This document shows, piece after piece, positions 26,015-32,000 of a stretch of 32,000 nt of DNA. Within the stretch, counting starts at the first letter, position 1. The number at the start of each line of letters is the position of its first letter. This DNA is from Candidatus Saccharimonadota bacterium (lineage in GTDB: Bacteria > Pseudomonadota > Gammaproteobacteria > Burkholderiales > Burkholderiaceae), in assembly GCA_000147015.1 (NCBI GenBank), contig CP002161.1:60001-92000 (forward strand), given 5' to 3'. A program made the position numbers and the translations under genes. A model generated the notes under the pieces. The model was not told where the DNA came from and did not search any database. It saw only the letters and a list, made by a program, of their open reading frames with translations.

Positions 26015-26658
26015 TATTTATTTTTTACTATTTTAATTAATTTTCTTATTTTATTTATATTTTTTTTCCTAATATATTTCTCTATACTACTACTTATATC
26101 TATTGCATAAGGTCTTATTTTTTTAATTATATTTTTAATATTAGATAAATTTATTCCTCCACTAATAATAAATTTTGAGGAATTTTTTTTAATTATATTA
26201 ATATTAAAACTTTTTCCACTACCACCATAATTTTTATTAAATGTATCTAATAATAAACCTCTAAAAAATAAATTTTTTTTTAGTTTATTTTTATATTTTA
26301 AAATATCTTTAAACTTTGTATTATTTTTAATATGCATAACCTTAATAAATGGTTTTTTTAATATTTTAGAAATTTTATTGCAAAATTTAATACTTTCATT
26401 TCCGTGAAATTGTATTATTGAAATAGGTAAATTATTTAATATTTTAATTATTTTTTTTTTTTTTTCGTTTACAAAAAGTGCTACTATATTTATAAAAGGA
26501 GGTATTATTTTAGATAATTTTATTGCTAATTTAATATTTATGTATCTGGGGCTTTTTTTATAAAATATAAATCCTATAGAATTTATATTTAATTTACAAA
26601 TAGAATATATATCTTTTAAATTAGTTAAACCACAAATTTTTATTTTTATATCATGCAT
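26014..26658 (-). CDS. trpF: N-(5'-phosphoribosyl)anthranilate isomerase
   Basis: The real start is ATG 26658..26656 (MHDIKIKICGLTN...). The track's upstream extension reads through the tRNA gene. IKICGLT, SIGFIFYKKSPRYI, IQFHGNES, LLLDT...GGSGKSF, ISGGIN and IDISSSIE match PRAI. Confidence 0.88.
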   Translation of the reverse strand: MHDIKIKICGLTNLKDIYSICKLNINSIGFIFYKKSPRYINIKLAIKLSKIIPPFINIVALFVNEKKKKIIKILNNLPISIIQFHGNESIKFCNKISKILKKPFIKVMHIKNNTKFKDILKYKNKLKKNLFFRGLLLDTFNKNYGGSGKSFNINIIKKNSSKFIISGGINLSNIKNIIKKIRPYAIDISSSIEKYIRKKNINKIRKLIKIVKNK

Positions 26659-26675
26659 AATTTTTATATTGATTT

Positions 26676-26749
26676 TGGGTCTAAAGGGACTCGAACCCCT
26701 GACCAAGCGATTATGAGTCGCCTGCTCTAACCTACTGAGCTATAGACCC
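26676..26749 (-). tRNA. tRNA with anticodon CAU, most like tRNA-Ile2 (lysidine-modified) rather than elongator or initiator Met
   Basis: Reverse complement GGGTCTATAGCTCAGTAGGTTAGAGCAGGCGACTCATAATCGCTTGGTCAGGGGTTCGAGTCCCTTTAGACCCA. As I recall E. coli ileX, the segment AGAGCAGGCGACTCATAATCGCTTGGTC is identical. It lacks the initiator features (C1:A72 mismatch, three G:C pairs in the anticodon stem). The tRNA call is strong; the isoacceptor identity is about 0.6. Confidence 0.85.
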
Positions 26750-27774
26750 TTTTCAAATTTTTTATAAATTTTATTTTTTATTTTGTTAAATTTTGCTTTA
26801 GAAATATTTTTTAATTTTATTATTTTTTTAAAATCATATTTTTTTTTATTATAATTTTTTATATTATTTATTTTATTTTCTTTAATATTTTCTAATAAAA
26901 AATCTTTATTATTTTTAATATTTTTAGAATTTTTTATAATATTATAAATTTTATTTTTTTTTAATTTTAATTTTTTAGATAAATAATTTATATCTGGCTT
27001 TTTTCCAATATTTTCGAAAGTTTTATTTTTTATTTTATTTATTTTATTTAAAATATTTATAATATTTGTAGGTAATCTAATAATTCTTGAATTTTTATTA
27101 ATTAATTTATTTATATATTGTTTTATAAATATTATAATAAATGTATTAAAATTATATTTTTTTTTATATTTGAATTTATCTAAAGATTCTAATAAAGCCA
27201 TTTTACTTTCTTGTATTAAATCATTTATATTTAAATATTTTGAATATTTTTTTATAATATAATAAATTATTTTTAAATTATCATTTAAAACATTTATTTT
27301 AAATTTTTTAATTTTTTTTTTGTATTTTTCTAATAAAAAATATAATAAAATATTAATATTTTTTTCTTTAATATTTTTAAATATTTTATTAAATTTATAT
27401 TTTAAATATTTTAAATATTTTATATAATAATAAAATTTTAATTTTATACTATATTTAAATATATTTTTTTTAATATAATATATATACTTATTATAATATT
27501 TATTTAAATTATAAAATTTAAATTTATTTATTATTTTTTTTACTTTTTTATATAATATTAAAATTTTATTTATAAAATAAATTTTTTTATTTTCTTTAAA
27601 TATATAATAAATTTTATTTATTTTAAAAATAAATTTTTTAAATAAATAAAATTTATTTTTATTATGAAATATTTTTTTTATTTTTTTTATATTTTTTTTA
27701 TAATTTATATATTTTTTTATATTTATATCTTTATTATTTTTATATATATTTACTTTTTCTTTAATAAAATCCAT
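26740..27774 (-). CDS. rpoD: RNA polymerase sigma factor RpoD (sigma-70), strongly shortened
   Basis: 344 aa. LKIIYYIIKKYSKYLNINDLIQESKMALLESLDKFKYKKKYNFNTFIIIFIKQYINKLINKNSRIIRLPTNIINILNKINKI aligns with sigma-70 regions 2.1-3.0 (LRLVisiAKkYtnrGl.flDLIQEGniGLmkAVdKFeyrrGyKFSTYAtWWIRQaItRaiadqaRtIRiPvHm.e.inkl.r). The position after dnaG fits the rpsU-dnaG-rpoD operon. The TAG stop lies inside the tRNA gene. Confidence 0.85.
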   Translation of the reverse strand: MDFIKEKVNIYKNNKDINIKKYINYKKNIKKIKKIFHNKNKFYLFKKFIFKINKIYYIFKENKKIYFINKILILYKKVKKIINKFKFYNLNKYYNKYIYYIKKNIFKYSIKLKFYYYIKYLKYLKYKFNKIFKNIKEKNINILLYFLLEKYKKKIKKFKINVLNDNLKIIYYIIKKYSKYLNINDLIQESKMALLESLDKFKYKKKYNFNTFIIIFIKQYINKLINKNSRIIRLPTNIINILNKINKIKNKTFENIGKKPDINYLSKKLKLKKNKIYNIIKNSKNIKNNKDFLLENIKENKINNIKNYNKKKYDFKKIIKLKNISKAKFNKIKNKIYKKFEKGL

Positions 27775-29381
27775 TTTTTAAATAAATTTTTATATTTTTT
27801 TTTATTTATTATTTTATTATTATAATATTTATAAATTTTATTTTTAATTATTTCTAATTTAATTTTATTTAATAAATAATTAAAATCAATATTATTTTTT
27901 TTTAATTTTTTATATGAAAATTCATTAAAAATATTATTTTTTTTTCTAAAAAAATTAATAATATTTAAAAAATTTTTAAATTTTACAAAATAATAAATTT
28001 TTTTAATTTTTTTTAATATTATATAAATTATTCTATTTCTGTTTTTAATATAATATAAAATATTTAAATTTATTTTTTTAATTAAAAAAGGAAATTTTAT
28101 AATATTATAAAGTAAAATTATTTCTTTATTAATATTTTTTACATAATAAACTTTTCTTTTTTCATAATTTATTTTTTTTTTTAATATAAATTTTATTATA
28201 TAATTTATTTTAATATTTAATATTTTAGATATTAAATTTATTATTTGTAAAATAATGAAATCTTCATTTATATTATTTACAATATTTTTAAAATTATATA
28301 AAATATTTATTCTTCCTTGTAAAGTTCTTATATTATTATTATTTATTATTTTATTAATAAGTAAATTAAATAAAGAAATAGAATTTTCTATTTTTTTTTT
28401 AAATTTTAAAATTCCATATTTTCTTAAATAATTATCAGGGTCATATTTATAAGGTAATATTACAAAACTAATAATTTTATTTTTTAGAGATAATGAAAGA
28501 CATAAATTTAGTACTTTATTAATTGCTAAATTACCAGCTATATCTCCATCAAATATAAAAATTATTTTATTAGTTATTTTAGTTATTTTTTTAAAATGAT
28601 ATTTAGTAAAATTAGTACCTAATATAGATATAGTATTTAAAAAACCAAATTGGAAAAGTGTTAATAAATCTATATAACCTTCTACTATTATAACATATTT
28701 TTTTTTTTTTATATGTTTTAAATTTTCGTATAAACCATAAAATTCTTTTTTTTTTTTAAAAATGAAATTTTCATATGTATTTATATATTTATTTTTATAA
28801 TTATTATTTATACTTCTTCCTCCAAATGCAATTATTTTACCATTTAAATTTCTTATAGGAAATATAATTCTATTTTTTAAAATATTTATATTTTTATAAA
28901 TAAAATTATATTTTTTTTTTATAAATTTAAATTTTTTATTTATGTTTTTAGAATAACCTAAATTAAATTTTTTTATAATTTTTTTATTTATATTTCTTAG
29001 CTTTATATATTTTTTTGCTTTATAATTTTTTTTTAATTCTTTTTTATAAATTAAATTTATTTTTTCATATATTAAAAATATTTTTTCTTCATCACTATTT
29101 TTTTTAAAAAATATATTTTTTTTTAATAAAATATTAATAATATTAATAAATTTTTCTTTTTTATATTTCATAAGAAAAGAAATCATATCTCCTCCAAAAT
29201 TACAACCAAAACAATAAAAATATTTTTTAAATAAATTAACACAAAAACTAGGAGTTTTTTCTTTATGAAAAGGACATAAACCAAAATAATTATTACCTAT
29301 TTTTTTAAGAAAAACATATTTTTTAATAATATTTAAAATATTATATTTTTTATTAATTAATTTTATATATTTTTTAAACAA
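27750..29381 (-). CDS. dnaG: DNA primase
   Basis: 543 aa. Zinc finger GLCPFHKEKTPSFCVNLFKKYFYCFGCNFGGDMISFLM; RNA-polymerase core IFPIRNLNGKIIAFGGR; TOPRIM VIIVEGYIDLLTL...IFIFDGDIAGN. The first codon 29381..29379 is TTG, with no in-frame ATG upstream. Confidence 0.9.
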   Translation of the reverse strand: MFKKYIKLINKKYNILNIIKKYVFLKKIGNNYFGLCPFHKEKTPSFCVNLFKKYFYCFGCNFGGDMISFLMKYKKEKFINIINILLKKNIFFKKNSDEEKIFLIYEKINLIYKKELKKNYKAKKYIKLRNINKKIIKKFNLGYSKNINKKFKFIKKKYNFIYKNINILKNRIIFPIRNLNGKIIAFGGRSINNNYKNKYINTYENFIFKKKKEFYGLYENLKHIKKKKYVIIVEGYIDLLTLFQFGFLNTISILGTNFTKYHFKKITKITNKIIFIFDGDIAGNLAINKVLNLCLSLSLKNKIISFVILPYKYDPDNYLRKYGILKFKKKIENSISLFNLLINKIINNNNIRTLQGRINILYNFKNIVNNINEDFIILQIINLISKILNIKINYIIKFILKKKINYEKRKVYYVKNINKEIILLYNIIKFPFLIKKINLNILYYIKNRNRIIYIILKKIKKIYYFVKFKNFLNIINFFRKKNNIFNEFSYKKLKKNNIDFNYLLNKIKLEIIKNKIYKYYNNKIINKKKYKNLFKKWILLKKK

Positions 29382-29387
29382 AATAAA

Positions 29388-29600
29388 TTAATAATTTATT
29401 TTAGATAAATTAAGTAATTTTATTTTTAATTTATTTTTTTTTTTAATTTCTTTTAATTTTCTCTTTTTTTTTTGATTAGGTTTTTCATAAAATTCCTTTA
29501 ATTTTATTGTATTTAATATTCCAATTTTATCTATAATATTTTTAAAATTTTTTATTACAGTTTCTATATTTTCTTTTTTATTTAAATTTATAATTATCAT
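29388..29600 (-). CDS. rpsU: 30S ribosomal protein S21
   Basis: 70 aa. [38 protein letters not shown] matches S21 (..d.AlrrFKr...k.Gvl.e.rrre.yeKPs..rkrk). Lies upstream of dnaG. Confidence 0.9.
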   Translation of the reverse strand: MIIINLNKKENIETVIKNFKNIIDKIGILNTIKLKEFYEKPNQKKKRKLKEIKKKNKLKIKLLNLSKINY

Positions 29601-29608
29601 ATTTTAAA

Positions 29609-29830
29609 ATGAATAATAAAAAAATAATTTTTTTTGATATTTCTAGTAATAATAAATTTATAATAAATTCTAATATAAAATCAAAAAACTTTATAATTTT
29701 TAAAAATAAAAAATATTTATTATTAAAAATAGAAATTTCTTCAGAATCTCATCCATTTTATACAGGAAAAAAAAAATTAATTGATATTACAGGAAGAATA
29801 GATAAATTTAATAAAAAATTTAAAATATAA
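29609..29830 (+). CDS. rpmE: 50S ribosomal protein L31 (type B-like, no zinc-binding cysteines)
   Basis: 73 aa. [27 protein letters not shown] matches the L31 motif (c.s.cHPFyTGkq..vdt.GrvdrFnkrf). The CxxC pairs are absent. Confidence 0.87.
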   Translation: MNNKKIIFFDISSNNKFIINSNIKSKNFIIFKNKKYLLLKIEISSESHPFYTGKKKLIDITGRIDKFNKKFKI

Positions 29831-29906
29831 AAATATTTTTAAAATATAATTTAATATAAAATAATATTATTTTTAATTTTATTAAATTTAATTTTATAAA
29901 TTTTAA

Positions 29907-30240
29907 GGGGTTGTTTGGTTTCGACGTATATAAAAAATAATTAAAAGCATATTGAGTAATTAATCTCAAAAAAAAAATAAATAAAATAAAATCAGAAAAT
30001 AAAAAAAAAATTTACGAATATTTAAATTATTAAATCAAATTTATTAAATTCTCTTTAATAAATTTTAAATATGAGAATAATTTTAAATAAATTTTACTTA
30101 ATTTAAAATAAAAATAAAGTAAATAGTTTAAATTTAATTTTTTTATTATTAAATTTAAATAAATATTAAAAAATAAAAATAAATATGTAGAATTAATTAT
30201 ATTATATATACGGAAGTGGGTTCGATTCCCACCAACTCCA
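29907..30240 (+). ncRNA. ssrA: tmRNA (SsrA)
   Basis: The 5' end ggggttgtttggtttcgacg matches GGGGCUGAUUCUGGAUUCGACG. The 3' end cggaagtgggttcgattcccaccaactcca matches GGACGCGGGUUCAACUCCCGCCAGCUCCA. The acceptor GGGGTTG/CAACTCC includes the G3:U70 alanine identity pair. The T arm is intact. No encoded CCA. smpB is at 6656..7108. Confidence 0.88.
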
Positions 30241-30245
30241 AATAT

Positions 30246-31685
30246 TTAAATTATTGATAATAATATTATTTTAAAAATAATTTTGAATATAAATTTATTA
30301 AATATTAAAAATAAAAATAATAAAATAATATTTATTAATAAAAATAATAAATTTGTAATTTTAAATTTTATTTTTTTATTTTTAATATTTTTATAAAAAA
30401 ATACATTTTTAATTATATTTAAATAGCAAAAAAAATTTAGTATTATAAAAAATATTATTATAATTAAATAATTTATATTATTATTTAAACTATTTTCTAA
30501 AATTAATAATTTTAAATAAAATCCTAAAAAAGGAGGAAAATTAGATATTGAAAGAATAATAATTATAAATATTATTTTTAATAAATTAAAATTACTTGTT
30601 ATACCTCTTATATTTTTTAAAAATATAAAATCTTTTTTTTTATTTAATAAATCTAAAAATAATAAAAAAATAAATAAAGAAATATTATAATTTATAAAAT
30701 ATAAAAAAAAAATTGTATATGAATTAACTATAAATTTTAAATTATTTTTTTTATTGAAATTAGAAATAATAAGTAACATAAAACCAGAATTAAATATAGA
30801 AGAAAACGAAATTATAGATTTTATTTTTTTTTTTATTATTATAAATATACTAGAAATAAATATTGAAAATAATGATATTAAAAATATAATAAATTTTAAT
30901 TTTATTAAAATTTTATTAAAATTTATATTTATAAAAATATGAAATAATAAAGAAATAATAGAAAATTTAGGTATTAAATTTATAGGTATTAAAATATGAT
31001 ATGGTATTTTATTATAAATTTCAGGTATTCAAAAATGAAATGGAATTAAATTAAATTTTAAACATATTGTAGGAATAAATAATATAAATATATATAAAAA
31101 AAATATTTTATTATAATATTTTTTTAATATACAAAATATTTTATTTAAATTTAAATTATTAAAAATATAATACAAAAAAATAATTCCAAATAAAAAAAAT
31201 ATTGTACAAATAATATTAATTATAAAATATTTTAAAGATAATTTATTATCTTTACTTGCAATATATATAATAGTACCATAACAAAAAGATGAAAATTCTA
31301 ATAATATATATATTAATAATATATTATTAGAAATAATTAAAAAATTTTGTGATAAAAATAAAAAAAAAATTATATATATATATTCTATTTTTATAAAATT
31401 TATTTTATTTATAATAATATATATTAAATATAAAATTAAAAATAAATATATAAAAATTTTTAATATATATGAAAAATTATCAATTAATATTAAATTATAA
31501 TAAAAGTATTTTTTTTTATAATTAAAATTAATTAAATTTAAAATAAAACATATAAAAGTTATAAATAAAAAAAAATATATATTTCTTTTTTTATTATTAA
31601 TTATTAAATTTAATATTATTATAAATAATAAAAAAAAAAATAAAATTATTTCTGGTATTAAAATTATTAATTTTATAAATTTCAT
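30246..31685 (-). CDS. nuoN: NADH-quinone oxidoreductase subunit N
   Basis: Fragments 31029..31685 and 30246..30779 plus the gap form one frame of 1440 nt. I checked the gap codon by codon and found a single TGA at 31029. The protein is polytopic and hydrophobic. LIPFHF-W-IPEIY matches the NuoN/ND2 motif (PfH.W.PDvY). It follows nuoM. Confidence 0.87.
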
Positions 31686-32000
31686 TTTATAATTTTAGTT
31701 TTAATTTCTTTTTTAAAAATATTTTTTATATTTAAATTTAATAATTTTATAAATAAATTAGGATATATTCCTAATATTAAAACTATTAAAAATAATATTA
31801 ATAATATAAAATAATTTAATATTTTTATATTTTTCATTCTTTTTATTTTTTTTTTATTTTTTTTAAAAATTAAATTATTTACTAATAATAAAAAATAAAT
31901 AGTAGACCAAATTATAATAGTAGAACTTAAAAAAGATAAATAAATATTATATTTTATACATTCAAAAATAATTAAAAATTCACTTATAAAACCAAAACTA
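31673..32000 (-). CDS. nuoM: NADH-quinone oxidoreductase subunit M, C-terminal part (gene runs off window end)
   Basis: The open frame from the window end reads ...FGFISEFLIIFE...IIIWSTIYFLLLVNNLIF...LILGIYPNLF..., which resembles the NuoM/ND4 C-terminus (GF.gEf.il.g...a.Y.l......f.G...lGi.P). If TGA is Trp it ends at TAA 31673..31675. Under the standard code it would stop at TGA 31682..31684. Confidence 0.75.

Noticed and set aside
26659-26706. N-terminal extension MVRGSSPFRPKINIKI of the trpF ORF
   Set aside because: It reads through the 3' half of the tRNA(CAU) gene. Homology to PRAI starts at MHDIKIKICGLT (ATG 26658).
29947-30033. Calling the tmRNA tag peptide as a defined CDS
   Set aside because: The frame and stop are plausible, but the resume codon is ambiguous (GCA at 29947 versus GAA at 29995) and cannot be settled without a structural alignment. 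I reported it only as a finding.
30754-30942. 62-aa plus-strand ORF inside nuoN
   Set aside because: It is antisense to the continuous nuoN frame, which I verified codon by codon. The product is low-complexity.
1-32000. Interpretation of the many TGA-split conserved genes as pseudogenes in a decaying genome
   Set aside because: The fragments always stay in one frame, are interrupted only by TGA (never TAA/TAG or frameshifts in the stretches I walked), and the TGAs coincide with conserved Trp positions. Recoding explains everything more simply.
1-32000. Search for CRISPR arrays, transposases, integrases, phage genes, toxin-antitoxin or defence-like operons, or a novel multi-gene system
   Set aside because: I found no direct-repeat/spacer periodicity, no inverted terminal repeats, and no ORFs with nuclease, ATPase or transposase motifs outside the housekeeping genes listed. 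Every sizeable ORF but three is assigned to a core function, so I do not claim a novel system.

Overview
This window is extremely AT-rich (by eye roughly low-to-mid teens % G+C, not computed) and almost gap-free. It is core housekeeping DNA from a drastically reduced, endosymbiont-type bacterial genome that reads UGA as Trp. The ORF track breaks about 20 conserved genes only at TGA. Reading TGA as Trp gives 40 protein genes (one runs off each window edge), 5 tRNAs, a minimal RNase P RNA and a tmRNA. Content by group: translation (rpsB, tsf, frr, rplM, rpsI, rpsT, rpsU, rpmE, rbfA, infB, smpB, gltX, metG, alaS, rsmH); replication and transcription (ssb, dnaQ, dnaG, rpoD, family-4 UDG); chaperone and redox (htpG, thioredoxin-like, OsmC-like); Fe-S assembly (erpA, iscS-iscU-iscA-fdx); energy (etfBA, malic enzyme, nuoM/nuoN); amino-acid provisioning (trpF-trpB-trpA plus a homoserine sulfhydrylase-like enzyme). 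The gene set, the recoding and the composition match my recollection of betaproteobacterial insect co-symbionts such as Candidatus Zinderia insecticola; that is inference, not a database hit. I see no mobile elements, CRISPR, prophage, defence islands or repeat arrays, and no convincing novel multi-gene system. The points worth a second look are reductive-evolution oddities: domain-truncated AlaRS and IF-2, an isc cluster without hscBA, gene/tRNA overlaps, a fossil ATGA overlap exposed by the recoding, divergent gene pairs with 8-23 bp spacers, an atypical thioredoxin active site, an unusual tmRNA tag, and two adjacent unassignable ORFs (5936-6588).
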